From: Raillietiella orientalis
Lineage: Eukaryota
Length of the DNA stretch: 64,000 nt
Reading direction: 5' to 3'
Assembly (NCBI GenBank): GCA_036172245.1
Contig: JAYWIR010000058.1
Span: forward strand, 496,001 to 560,000
Translations under genes and position numbers: made by a program
The notes under the pieces: generated by a model
The model's input: the letters and a program-made list of their open reading frames with translations, nothing else
What the model was told of the DNA's origin: nothing
Database searches by the model: none
Shown: positions 1 to 14,400 of the stretch, one piece after another
How the letters are laid out: each line of letters begins with the position of its first letter
How positions within the stretch are numbered: the first letter of the stretch is position 1

Positions 1-2307
1 TGTTTTATTATCGTACCTCTTGCTTATTTATCTGTTATGCAAACTTAAAATGTGTTTTCGAGTAGAATGTTTGAGCACGTGTCCATTGCTGTATTGTGAC
101 TTTGGTGTGTCCGTTTGCTTGTGCAAGCACCTGAATCATCAAGGAAGAAATGCATTCAAACTCGTAGACTTACATAGAAAGGATAGGATCAGCCAGTTCG
201 AGACTTCTGGTGGTTTCCACCGAAAGAGGATAATAGAATAGCGTTACAGAGGAAAGCTCATTTAATTCAACTCAAGCAGATGAGACCTTGTTCGGGATCC
301 TCATTGGAGTTTCTCAACATAGAAAGGAAAATTGAAGATTCACAAAAAACAGTCAGATATTAACAAGAACTTAAGAAGTTTGCATTTAATCCATGTAGTC
401 TCAGTTGCATTTTTTTTTTCTTTTTAAATTTAGGGGTAATCTTGAAAGCATTTCTATGCTGTTGCCATATGCAGATCACAATATGATTATAGAGTCCATA
501 GTTGCCGAAAACTTTCTTTTGAAGCAGTAACATTGCCTGCATGCAGATACAAGAATCGCTAAGTGTAATTGCGTATTTTTAATGAAAAAAAAAAAAAAAA
601 GAAAGCACGTTTCTCTCCATGAAATCTATGTTTTCCCAGTAAATCTAGTCATATCGACTAGATTATAGGTGTATGTGTTCACGAGAACTTTTGCCTGTTC
701 TTTTTTTCTTCGTAAGTAGTTCTACTTAAGGATACATAAGTGAACGTCCAATGTTAAAATTTGATTCGAAAAGAACAGTTGCACCAATGGAAATGATCCG
801 TAAAATCTATGAAAATGCAGCAAGCCAACGTGAGTAGATTTCGAGGCATTCGGAATCTTTGACTGTGCGTTCATTTAACATGCCACGAAGCGAAAACTCT
901 TTAACAATTCAAGAATTACTCAAAATTCCCAGGGGAGCCAATTACATAATTGTTTCTGTTCATAGCTATCAGTATGGGAAATCAACGACAGTGCACTCAT
1001 GCCTCATGTTCAATGCAGACGCGATTAAACTCATCAGCAATGACAGGTAAAGGAAAACTTACCTTGCTGCTCTACGTCGTATAGGATAGCAATAGTGTTG
1101 ATGGTTCTCAGAGGACGTAATGCTCACAAGTTTACGTTCAAACTTATTTCCAATGTATTCGTTCTCCAGTTCATTGAGAATTGCCTTCATTCAGATATGG
1201 AAATGACTGTAGTTGATTCTGCATATCCTTAGCGTATTGGCACTGGCAGACGGTATTGCATGTACAAATCGTACGCATATCTGTAAAGGTCAGCAAAAAA
1301 AATTCCCAGTTAATTGATTTGATAGCCGTGCGACGTTCATTTCCTTGGATTTTCTTCCCTCCTTTTTGTCTATTTGTAGGGAGCACACAGAGGCGTACGT
1401 AATTTCGGTTTCATCGATGGAAATCTTATGTCATGAGAAAATATCTGTGGTGTGTTTTCAATTGAGATAGTACACGCATTTATGGGGGTTTGCTGTTATT
1501 GTCCACCTTTCCATCTGTTCTCCGTTAAATCTGGATTATTTTTCATCCAAGCTAAATTTCAAGTTTGCGAGAAGAATGTAAGATTAAATGATGTTATTTT
1601 TAAGGATTTAGAGAGTGCTGAAGCAATGCTAAGTAATGCTGTTCAGTAATGGAAGTAAAGGAGACAGCCGGGTGCATTTGAGTTTTGCATTACAGAGTTG
1701 AATTACTGAGTTGCGAGCGCGTATTCTCACTGAGCGGTTGAATGTAAAAATGGTTTTGAAAGGTTGTGTAAGGTATCGGCATAGTCTTTCGTCATGCTGA
1801 TATCATATATTTTTTAAAAGTTACAAGTGAAATTTGAAATATGTGCTTTTTAAAGGAAGAACGTGTTTCAAATGCTTCACTTATAAAGCTGAGCTATTTT
1901 GTGAATTATTTTGGATTTCTGATTTCTTGTATTTCATGTGCTTGCATCAGGTTATGTTCGGAATGCAGGGATACTTTGTGCATCTCTTGCTAAAAGGTGT
2001 CAGTTACTCCAACCTTTGTCTCTGTATCGATAGATAAGTGCTCACTATGAACTGCACTTGAATTACATGGAATGAAGACTGCTTTTTCATATTATGTTGA
2101 CTTGCAAAACCTCTAAAAATATAATTCCAATAAAGCTGAGGCCTTTTTTATGAATGGATTTATCTCAATCAATTAAATTGTTCACCTAACGATGTTTTGA
2201 ATAGTTATCTCAATGCAAAATGTTTGGATTTAAGTGTGTTTATCATTTTGTGATTTATTCTGCCACAATTTTGCTATGTTACCTATCTGTGCCTTACTTT
2301 GTTGCAG

Positions 2308-2493
2308 ACGATGTTGACCGCAATTTCAATGAGTGCAATAGCAACAAATGGTGTAGTTCCAGGAGGAGGTTCGTATTTCATGATATCACGATCCCTGGGT
2401 CCTGAATTCGGTGGAGCTGTTGGCATATGCTTTTACTTGGGAACTACTTTTGCAGCTGCCATGTACATTATAGGAGCTGTGGAAATTCTAGTG
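2308..2493 (+). CDS. kcc: KCC exon (TM2-TM3: [39 protein letters not shown]...VEILV)
   Basis: ttgcag|ACG acceptor, GTG|gttagt donor; canonical CCC motif. Confidence 0.96.
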
Positions 2494-5400
2494 GTTAGTT
2501 TGTTAACGCCATTGCAATTTCATGATAGTTAAATGTCCCGATATTAAGAGTCTGTATTCACGCAGCTCGAACAAGCTGTTTGTTATGGAATACACCATAC
2601 CATTTTCGACATTGCAGAGTGGCAATGTCTGCAAAATGAACGTGTGCAAAAAACTTTTGTATTCACTGAATGTAAATTGTACCAAGGATTTCTGGTAAGA
2701 CTCGAAGTGCGAAAATGACGAAGTATACACCGCCCTGTTCCCCCCCAATTTTGTGAGCCCGTCGTTTTCATTTTCTCGAGATTATATTTCCGAGTGCTCC
2801 AAATCGTTTGATACGTTCTTAATTTGTGTTTTCCTCAATACATCAATATCGTCATCATAACTCGTTCAGCTTAGCGAATGCGAAATGCAGCAGAAGGTAG
2901 TCTGTAAAGCGTTAATTGCGAAAGTTTTTCCGAACTCTTTCATGTATAACAAACTTTTTTCCATCAAAAGTCCACATTATGAAGAGAAATAATTTATGGC
3001 TTGTTCAATGTATTTACAAATCAAAATAAATTGAGTGAATGAATGAGGGAATAATAAAGACACACTTCATGGTCATGACGTATGAAATCAGTACTCCTAT
3101 TTTCAGTCTTCCTTTTTTCTTTTTTAATTCCGTCTAGAGTGCTATCGTACCTTGCTTTGGTGTTAGCTGAGATTAGCTGTTCCTTTTCATATCGAGCTTC
3201 TCCTGTAACTTCGTTATTCCTGTATTCTCATTTACTTCAAATTCTTAGGAAGTTTGCAGGTTTTCTAAGTATTCAAGCATGTGTTGATCGATTTGGGAAA
3301 TTATTTTCTATCAGAGTTGCTCACAAACTTCAATCCTTCATTACAAATCTTTTTTTGGCTGTTCTTTCTGTGAAAGAGATAAAAATTCAATCCTGTATTT
3401 TTTTTAAAAAAAAGAAAAGCACCTTTTTTTTTGCTGATTTTTTTTTAAAGATCTCAATGTTTTCTGAACTCATTGCATGCCTTTGTCATGCTCGTAATTA
3501 TTCTAGAAGTTGGATTCAAATGTAGGATTATTTGTGAATGGCAGGATATTAATATCTGAAGCATAGGAATGTGGACTCGAGGACAACGAATTTGCACCGC
3601 TTATACCATTGCTGATGAACAGTTCAGATTTTTTATTGTTCCCAGGACAGCGGCATTCCGAGATGAAATAGTCCTCTTCTTGTAATTTCACACTACCTTT
3701 TCAGCAGTACTATTTATTCTGTGTTGCTCATACAAAACAATGAAAAACTGTTACAGTGCTTAGTACATTTCCAGATTTCTCTTTATTATGTGATCCAGGC
3801 TGATTCACTGCGGTGGTTTTCGAGAACATGATCTTTTCCTTTTAGAGTTCTTTTGTTCTATGTTACCAGGTTATTGTGTTTGTGATAGAATTTTGTATGC
3901 TGATTCTTCCTCGTAAGTGAATGTCAGCCGTGTCACTTGCATTCATTGTGATGTTTTAGACGATTCGCTTTCAAGGGGGCTTGTTTAGCTGTGCTTCTTT
4001 AGCATTTTAGCCCAGTATTTCGTATGAGATTCGGGAGACAGAGGAACCAGAGGGACCACTCTTATGGAAGAATTACTGTGATGACAGTAGGTTCTGAACA
4101 GGCCTAGTGTTCCCTATATCTACTAATGTCATTCTTTTCTTCATTCTGTATCCTTCATTCGTGACATGTCACTTCTAGAATTGACATGTCCTTTTTCTCT
4201 TCTCACCACATTTCTACTTTTAGTCACAGACTTCTTTCAAATAATTAGAATCTCTCAGATGTTGTATATCATAATGAATTGTCACAGTTTACAATGATTT
4301 TCTGTTTAGATTCTTCCGTAACTTGAACCTTTATCAAGAAATAATGCGAAATTCATGTTATTTTTAAATAATGGCTCTTTAAAATTTTTGGAAATGCTGT
4401 TGATATTTAAGTCGATGTTCAGAAAGTGATAAGCGATAGGAATGGAAAAAGCAAATGTAAAGAATAATAAGAGAGTTTGAAACGAGACGAGAATAACCTA
4501 AATATTCTCGAACTCATTCCAACACTCCTTGAACGAATAATACTAGAACACTAGTTTACTCTAGTAATCCAAGTGAACTACAGTTTATTTCGCCTTCACA
4601 GGATTCTTTATTTGATGTTTGCGCATACTGTTCCACGATCTGTTTGAATTTCTTGTATCTGTTTTCAGACATACATGGCACCTTCACTGTCAATTTTTGG
4701 AGACTTCACAAAAGATTCCAATGCTATGTTCAATAATTTTCGTTTCTACGGGACATGCCTCCTCTTGTTCTTGTCGACTGTGGTTTTCTTTGGAGTGAGA
4801 CTAGTGAACAAATTCGCTGCTATAGCTTTATGCTGCGTCATTCTTTCAGTAACAGCCGTGTATGCAGGCATTTTCTACAACGTCAACGGAAATGATCGAT
4901 TGCAGTAAGTACTATGTTCATTTTTTTTAAACGAAACTTCTTTTCTGTGATCTTGGCATCCATTGTCCTGACAAAAAAGATCTCCTTCATGCTGTATGCT
5001 ACCCCTCCCATTTTTTCAATTTTGTTAAAACTTTTGTAAAGGGGTTCACTAGATTCTCTAGTAAGTCAGTTGCACACCTGTTCGAAGTTGGGGGCAACTC
5101 ATTTCTATCGGTCCAATTTAAGCTTCATTCACCAAGTGTACATAAAAGATATGAACTACCTATCTATTCGCATTTCTTCGTTTGCTGCAGTGTTCTTTGG
5201 CTAACAGCATGCTTATTCCAGCATCTGTTCCATAACTCATAGATAAAGTGCAGTCACTTGTAGGATTTTTCTTTAAATTCAGTCTTAAAGACAAATGGTT
5301 GGAGTTCGATTGTGTTTTGAAACTCGCTCTAATCCGAGAATTATGTGTGTATCTGTGTACATGTATTTGAGTACGTGCGCGTGGACTTTGACTCGGATCT

Positions 5401-8400
5401 ATACTTACAGACACGTGAGCATGCTTAATCTGCTGCATGCCCGTAGTGTGTTGTGGCCGCATAATCGATGAAGGCAACGCTGATTGCATGGAAAATGTGT
5501 ACTAATCAGAGAATGGAAAATACAAACTAATTAATTACATCCTTATATTAGATGGTTGTCAACATTAGGTACCTCTTAGTGGCTTTTTTTGCGCGCCTCA
5601 AAACATGCATCCAGAGTTCTTCATTGCATTATCTCAAGATTTGCAAGCATGAAAAAAAAATAAAAGGAACAAAAGTAGCATTAAATCAATTGAAGTCGTT
5701 AAAATGCTGCTTGTGGCGAATTCTGGTTCTAAAAATTAAGCTTTCCGAAGGACGCTCGAAAAGATCGGTAACGCAGACAACTGACTCGTAATGGAAACGG
5801 AGTGTTTTCGTGAAGTGTCCAGAATCACCGTTAAAGGTGATTGAAATTAGATGAGAGCGTATTGATCAGAGAGATGATAGAGTAAAAAGAATTGTAGAAT
5901 AATTTAAATAGAGCATGCGTGTAGAGCACTTTGAAAGAATTTCGAAAGTTATCCTCTAGTTAAGAAAGAATATGAAGTGACGCTAAGGCCAAGTACTCTT
6001 AAAATAATTCGAGTTTCATATTTCGTTGTAACGAAAGGTTCTGGAAGAACAGAATCTTGAAGCTGCATCGTGACCTAAAGCGACAAGAGTGAACTGGATT
6101 TTCGTTCTACATCAGTCAACAACTTTGCATGATGGGAATAGGAAGGTCAGATCAACCTACTTGGTATTGTATTCAGCTTCGCTGTCTGAATATTCGATAA
6201 CGAAGAAGCTTAACCATTCGTCTTTGAGACAGTAGTTAAGACGTTGCTAATTTCGAAACCAATGACCACACGAGTAACTGCTACCAGGGAGAGACAGGGA
6301 ATAGAAGTGCTCTCAAAATCAGAAAAATCAAAAAATCCAGGTGTAAACAGTCTTTTTCGTCTCCATGCATGAATTTTTCTATTGTGGCGCATTAAGAGAA
6401 ACTTTTCAGTTGAGGAAAATCAGTTTATCGAGAAGACAGTTTAGTGGCGTTTTCACCAATGATTGATTTTGCAGATTGGCTTACATTTCCAAGAGGATTT
6501 TTTTTCTCGAGTTTTTTTTTTCTTTTTTTTTTAAATCATCAGCCATGCTGAAGAGGTAACGGCAGTGCTTCGATTCATTTATCTGCATGGAAAGATGAAT
6601 TGCATAACGTGTGCCTGTTTCCATAAACAGCTTTGATAACGAGTAAATCATTTCATTTCAGGATTTGCGTTTTGGGAAAAAGATTGCTTACGTACAACGG
6701 CGATTTCTCGAAACCAGGTAATTTTTGTTCCAAAGCACCTGGAGGAGAACTCTGGAAAATATTTTGCCATGAAGAAAATGTAACATTGGATTTTGGTCCA
6801 GAGAAGATCATTACAGTTTGCGATGAATATTTTGAAAATCACGATGTCTACATACGTAGAGGCATAAGAGGTCTAGCCAGCGGAGTGTTTCTAGGTAAAG
6901 TGTTTATTTTACTTATATGTTACTTACTTTAGTGTTTATTCTGGCTTATTCATTGTCCAGGAATTGCGGAAACCATTTCAAAATCCCCATCATATCACAA
7001 TGATAAATCCTCATATAGTTTATACTTAAATAAGAACTTTTCTAATCTAATGATTGCAGCCGCTTTTTGGCTGTCTGTTTATGAGTATTGTGGAAGGTAA
7101 CTTTTGGAGACATGTGAAATTATGAAATGAAAACTATTTCTTTACTATCATCAGTAGATGAGCAGGCATATACATTTGTCATGTAAGAGTTTAGTTATAG
7201 GTGTCTTTTTTTTTGGGGGGGTGGGGGGGTGGGGGGAGGATCTTGGATCTCTTTTTTAGTTCCTGCTGTAAAACTGCAAAAAGCAGCTACGCCGGAGGTC
7301 TTTTTGACGTTTTTTCCGTAGCTCATAGCATTTTCAAAAGGTTCACACTAGTTTTTGGTCGTCTATATTTGGTCGTCCATATTTGGTCGTCCATTCGTAG
7401 ATTATATATGAAACAGAAACAAGGTCATTTGAAAGAGTCATTTTTGTTCCGAAAGAATTAGAAAAATTCATGATAAATGAAGTGTTTTTTTCATGGCATT
7501 TTAACATAGAAGCGTTTTTGGACACTTAATATGCAGAAAAAGAATTTGAGGAGGCTCATTCGTACATAGACACTAGTATACCCACATGGAAGAACAGGTA
7601 GTGCACGGACGTATACGTACATGTGCGGCTGTACTGACGGTTTTGAAACACGTGTTTCCGACAACGTATCCTCAAGTGAAGTGGACTAGAAAATTCACAT
7701 CCTTGCCTTTAAACGAAAGGGCATTTTTTTCCTCTCTCTCTTCTTTCGCCGGCTTTATTTTTAGCAGAAAGCCTTCGTGACACCCGTTTTTGTATAATAA
7801 AAAACTTCAAGAATTAAACTGAATTTGTGCTCATCAAACTCTTTTGTCCCTAAAAATTGTACTGAAAAATTTGTAAGCATTTTTCTTTTGGGCGGTTCGA
7901 AATAAGCTAGTGTTGCGAAAACGAAAGCAGAGGTGTTGATGACAGGGGCAAGTATTTGCTTTTGTCAATTACATTTAAAGAAGCCTTACAAATGTCTGGA
8001 CATTCCTACAATATTTTCTAATCATTGTATTTTAGTGAAAAGTGCAATTCCAGGACATTGAATGGAAGCGATTAAAATGTGCGCTTCAAAGATAACCAAC
8101 TACCTTATGTTTTCGTAGAATCGCGTATACATTTGCAAAGACACATGTCAAGTAGGCTTGTGAGCCGGCTTCCATATTTACTTCCCATATGCATTCTGTA
8201 AAGTACTTAAATGCGATCTGAAAACAGTGCATTGTCCTCACTAAGCGCAGTTTCACGTGGGCTGCTTGCTGCTGCTTCGGAACGGGTGTGTATGTGATTC
8301 GTTTCAAAGTTTCGAATATCCAAGTTTTTTAAGCTGTTCTGAAGCTATAAGCACTAGCATGTTTGCCATCCAATGGTCATCCTTTCCATTTTTCAAGTGT

Positions 8401-11400
8401 TATGCGTGTTGCTCGCTATCTGCTTTCAGTTCGAAGATGACGCTTCTGTCGCATAATAGATTCTGAGCTTTTCCTCAAATCAATTATCCTCTGTGGGAAA
8501 TGCGTTTTCCAGAAATTGAAGTCAGGTGCGAATGATTAGTTCGAGTGAAGGTTGCAGAATCCCTTTGGACTCCCAAAGGTTATTTGTTTGTTTTCTAACG
8601 CGTCACGAATACAAAAAATAAACAAGTGAAAAGGAGGATCGTAAACTAAGAGAATGCTTACAAATCCCATCTCTTGCTGTTTTGTTCCGAGTTTGTGGTT
8701 GGGCGATGTGAGGTCTTTACAGAAAATGCAGCCTCTACTGGTTGGATCTACGATACTTCCTGTTTGAAGGGCACTTTCAGCCGACGAACATGTGCGGAAA
8801 TTTCTGTGTATGTGCAGATCGTTTTTTTGAGCAATGAAATAAATGAGGTCCTGTGCGGTCCTGTGCATGCCTAAAACCTTAAACCATCGCTTAAAACCAG
8901 TTCGAACTGATCACTAATCAATCGAAATTACGCAATTGGTTGGCAAAGCCTTGTTGTTTTGATCAATTGCTTTTTTCTCTCCCATTTTTGTTCACTATTT
9001 GTCACCAGAAGGACAGCAAAGTAGGGATAGTAAACTTATATTTCGTGTGTGTGTGTTTTTCACTAGCAAATTTTGTTCTAATTCTAGAGAACTTGGGTTC
9101 TAATTTTCTGTACGAGGGTCAGTACATTGCTGATTCTAATGATCCTGTTGACGTCGATCCTACGTCAGAAGAAACATACACTCAGATGGTTGCTGACATA
9201 ACTACGAGTTTCACTATTCTAGTGGGAATATTTTTCCCTTCCGTAACAGGTAATTCGATTTTCAATTTTTCATCCTATGTCGAAGAAAAAGTTGTGGATC
9301 ATTAAGAAGTAGTTTCTTGCCTTTGGGACATTCGTTGTCAGTTGGAACTAATCATACATTTTTCAAGCCTTGGTTTGCGGGCATCGGAGCACTTGTTCCG
9401 TAATTATTGAGTACTAAAGTACTCGCGGTGTATTCAGATGATCACACTGGAAATAATTCTCTCATCGTTTTTCCAAAATCAGAGCTTCTTGCGGCAGTAT
9501 CTCAGTTTTTGTTTTTTTTCGCACCGAATTTTGACCACCAAATCTGAACATAGTTTGATTCTTGTCGAGTACTGTAATTTTTGTAATTCCAATAACTCTC
9601 TTTCAGCTGCCATTCACATTCACTATGGCTAAAAAGTTTCTTGATGTTAACTCATAACAGTTCTTTATTGTCCATTACTGTGAATCTCTGAACTGCTTGA
9701 ATTGTGGATGTTAAAGTTCACTATTGATTGTTATGATTTTTGTTCTTTTACTGGTTTTATGCCCATGGTAAAGTTTTGAATTTTGAAGTTCACACGTCGG
9801 TGGTCAGTATTTTGTTTTTGACAAACGAGGCTTTTATATGTTTGTTTCCATTCATGTACTTCATTTACAGTTCGCGCTTTGGTTGAAGCTTGATCATGTG
9901 AGACAAAGAAATCACGGGGCCAGTGTAACCATTAATAACTGTTAGGAGTGATTATGTCACAGCACTCATCAAACCGTTCAGGGTAATCCATAGATACTGC
10001 CATCGGATGGCAGCCATAGTGTCGGAGTTCACGGCACATTTCTCTGAATTCTTTCTTTTTCTGACAAGTCCGAGCAATGCTTGCGGTGTCTAGTAATGCA
10101 TATTGTACTTTAACAATTGCTCCGTTTCTAAAGGATACGGATTTTCTGCCTAGAACCGTCTAAAGAACCCGACAGTACAGAACCCAGTTGAGCTCTGCCG
10201 AGGAAGCAAAGCTGTTGGCTTTCTTTGCCAATTTCTTTCTGGTGCACAGTCACGAGAACGTGTGCTTGACAAGTCCACCTTGGAAGCTATTTGCGCAGGC
10301 ATGCTGATTGAAGCGATCTGAAGAGACCATTATCGCCACTGGTTTCAGGAACCCAACATTGCTCAATCATGTTTTGAATAGTTTCAAACTGTGGTCATGT
10401 CGGTGAGCTGGTAAAACAGTTGCGAAAGTTTCGACGTAGGGCACTGTTGCTTATTGCTTTTCGTCAGGGTTTTTGTTTTTCTTCGTGTCCTCGTGAAGTT
10501 CAGTGGAAGGTCAGTCCTTCCTCTTTTCAAAGTATTGAAAACATTTTTCTCAATTCTCTCGTTAGCTGTACGTTATAAGGCTTTTGCTTGAACAAAAGCA
10601 CAAGTATTGTTTCTTGCTTTCCGCAAGAAAACAGGACTCTTATTTTAGTCTCGCTTGTAAACGGAAAACACCGAGAGAGAAATTTTTTTCGTGCATCTCT
10701 TTGTCGTCATGCTATCCAGTATACACCCATTTGCTTTCCTTGCAAGCGATGTTTCAAGCAAAAAAAAGGATGAGAAGACTCAAAATCACATACTTTCTTT
10801 GTTTTCTCGAGTAAACTATTTTCAGTCATTACCTAACGGTTGAAAATTTCATTTCGTGAGAATCTCTCCAGTGCTTGGGTCAACTAACAAAATCGAATGA
10901 ACATATGATCCTCGAAGTACCCTGCGCTCCATTTAAGAGCCTACTCATTACTTCAATTATATATATATTTTTAAAGAGCTGTTGTTTTTATTTGATTATT
11001 GGATAACAGATAACGTCCTTCGCCCTTGGAGCTACCATCTGAGGAAGGGATCATTGATCAGTGTCCTTTAAACCTACTGCTGAGCCTGTCTAAACAGAGT
11101 GCAGTGAAGCGTGCAGAAAAACTTCCGAACCGAGACCAGGAATCGAAGTGCGATAATGAAGAGAATTTAAGCAGGATGTGAACGTGGTCAAAAGGGAACA
11201 GCTTCCAAATTTGAGGAACATGGCTTTCCCTGGAAAGACTGCAATGCCTTATGCGCTAAAAAGATGAAGAGTGTAAACTGAATCACGTGACATCATACAA
11301 ACAAGCCATTGAGTATTTAATGTACTCCATGTACTAACGGAGAGAAACAGAAAAAGCAGCAATGTTCGCAAGTCTCTTTAGAACAGCGAACACCGTTTCG

Positions 11401-14400
11401 CTTTCTATTAGGTCTCAATTGTTAAGGAAATATGGGTGTTGCTTTTTGGAAAACTATTTTCATCCATGCACCAAGAATTTTGACGGACCAATGATGTGCT
11501 CTGTAGAACTGCCCTATGCCGTGGAAGTATGTTGTGGAAACAGCAGCTCAACTCTGAAAGTCTCTATTCGTAGAGGCTTTGAAATTTCGAGTGATGGCGG
11601 GCAAAGAGGCACAACAGCCATGATCTTGTGCATCCTGAAAGTTCTACTTGCTTTCATTGCTATTTTAGTTGCGTGTGCGAATCGAGACTTCTCCACAGTT
11701 GTTTCCTGCTTGTTTTTGCCCTAGCAGCCTAAGCCAAAAGCTTCAGAACGGTCCTTAGGATCAAAATTTCAAGTGTTCTGATTACCCAAGAGAGTATCAC
11801 TGCATTGCGGAAGTTTAATAATTTGTACCATTGATCAGGCTCAGCTGTAGGATAAAAGTTGGTGACGGGGCCGTCTATAAAGTCACAGACAGGCATAGTT
11901 TGCCTCGCGAGTTGATTCGGAAACATACGAAGGCACTCACTGAGTGGTTTTAGAATTTGGTAGGAAAGGGTAGGGGATAGGCAGTAGAGCTGTTCTATAC
12001 ATATTCTATACAATCTTCAATTCCTTAGAATAAGATACAATTGGATGAAGTACTCGGTGTGGTAAAGCGGATCGATGTAACGGGTAAAGAGAGTTAATCA
12101 GTTCGTCGCACCAGCGTGGTATCGAAATTCAAAATCCCAAGACTTATGCCAAGATTACGGTTTCATGGAATGAATACTTCCCACTGTGGTCTCCAGTTAC
12201 TAAAAGAAAGCGATAGGAATCAAATTCTTCGTTCGGAATTTTCAGAGGTTGCGCTCAGTTTTTCCGCGCTCGAACTCGGAGGCTCTCACAGCTTGTTCTG
12301 AAGGGCTACTATTCTTCGTCCCCAAATGTTGGTCTCAGTATGCGTTATCTGTGGAGCTTCTCAAGAACCAAGGAAGAATTATGGTTATCTCGCCCATGAC
12401 GAAGGAGTGGAACGTCTTTATTTAATGGAGATCAATAGCGTACCCTTTGTAATGAGTTGCTTAATGCACACCGATGCCCCGAACGACAAATCATGGATAG
12501 ATCGATTCGCGTGAAGAAAAAGATATGTAAGAAGGTAAGGATTGAAATCAAATGAAAAATTTCGATAAAAGTAGGTGAAAAATAGATTTCAACCGTGACT
12601 ATTCAGATAAAGATACCGATTTTGAAGATGTATTTAAGAGCTCTTTTCGTAGATGTAAAAGCGACAATAAAAGAGATAGAAGAATGATGTGGAATTGTTC
12701 CTGTAAAAACGCAAGATGTGACGACAGAATGATGATGTTTTATATTCCATCCAACTAAGGGGAATGTCCGTTCTCGGGATAAGACTATCTCAGTGACTAT
12801 CGGAAGACGTTTCAAAATTCCGGTGACTGTAGGAACGCAATAGCACTATCAAGAATTTTTACTTTGCGCTCTGCGGAGATGCAGTTCGTTGCTGATAGGC
12901 TGCCGCCGATCCCAAGGAGCCACAATATCACGATGAAAGTTTTTGTTCTTAAATGTTTTTTTTTTTGCTACTAATGTTGCTGCTAAATGTCGCTACTAAC
13001 TGTAGATGGAAACAACCAGTGAACTTTGGCTTATTCCTTTTCCCTTCGTGAAAACAGAAAATTCACGACTGTGACATCTAAAAAATAAATTAGTGGGCAT
13101 CTTAATTGAAGGGGATAAGCATGTTGAACACAATGCCATAACTGTTGACTGCTGAGGGTATCATTTAAAAGTAAGGCATAATATGTGGAGTCATCAAGCT
13201 GCGGATTCTCTATGCTTAGACCACGAGTATAATTTGAGCGGTAGCTAAGTGGTATTACAATTCTAGAGAAAGGAGAGGCTATTAAGAGAAAATTAGTGTG
13301 AATTCCGCCTGATACTTGTGGATTATTTTATCCCTGGCAGATAATGTGACTGGCAAAGTTTTTTCCAGGATGTGAAGCACCATCACAGTTTCTCTTGATT
13401 CCTTTTTCACGAACTTTTCTATGATAAATGTAGATTAAAGATGCTTCATCGTTCCTTGTTTTGCATTCACGGTGAAGGCACGTGATTGTTCCTTTGCCAT
13501 TTCAGTTTCATGATGCATTGAGAGCTATTCTTGAACATTTATATTCGATGTAGACATGTATGGCACTTAGACGTTCCGACGAGCGTCTGCTACGTTTAGC
13601 CCGTTGACATCCAATATCAATTCGTTCTTGTTGACTCTACGTGCTTTAGTATGGCCTCTTGCGTGACATTTTCAAATCCATTTCAGTGAAGTATCAGAAT
13701 GCACTGAAATGAACCACGATGAAAATCTGTTTTCAATGTTGTCACGAACATCCTTGTCTGAAGGTCTAGAACAGGTTGTCTTTCGTATACAAATATGTCT
13801 GTCGTTATTAGGGCAGTAGAGGCAACCTATAGCATATTAATATATTGTATAATCAGCTTCAGTTCTAATGTTCCTATGATTACTTCCATTTGATCTCAGT
13901 TTGCTGTAAATTATTTCTTTGCTGCGAATTATTTCTTGTTTTATACATGCATCATAAAACGTGCCGAGACGAATCTTGCAAAGTCAAAATGTTCGTGTTT
14001 CTGTGAATCGGAGATAGGAGTTTCCTTGCTCATAAAGAACTTGAGAGCAGGTGTCTAAATCCTTATGCTGAAGCTTCTCCTGCGTTTTCTATTTTGGTTT
14101 GCTCATTTGCGAATGTAGTCCTCATGTCCTCTCTATGTTTGTTAGGGATTCTCTTTTTTAATCACAATAAAAAAAAGAATCTGTTTAAAAATTTTAATTT
14201 ATTGTTAGCAAAATCATATCAGTCCCTGACAGCAAAATGAAAACAGGCACCGGCAGAAATATCGAAACATTTTAGCAGTGTAACACTGACCTCTTACTTT
14301 TCTTTATATTTTCATGTCTGTGGACGCAGAATACCCTATCTTTATGCCAGCGAATTTGCATGCTTCGATCGAGTTTGAGATCATCATCCATAGTTTTTGG

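Noticed and set aside
405..480. Possible upstream KCC exon (ttag followed by GVILKAFLCCCHM, recalling GVILF...CCC)
   Set aside because: Spacing between GVIL and CCC is far too short for TM1-TM2 and there is no suitable donor; the real exon is probably upstream of the window.
3082..3525. 147-aa hydrophobic ORF
   Set aside because: T-rich intronic low-complexity sequence with no recognisable domain.
11073..11851. 16-bp inverted match (15/16) about 750 bp apart, possible TIRs
   Set aside because: Within chance expectation; no TSD or transposase seen.
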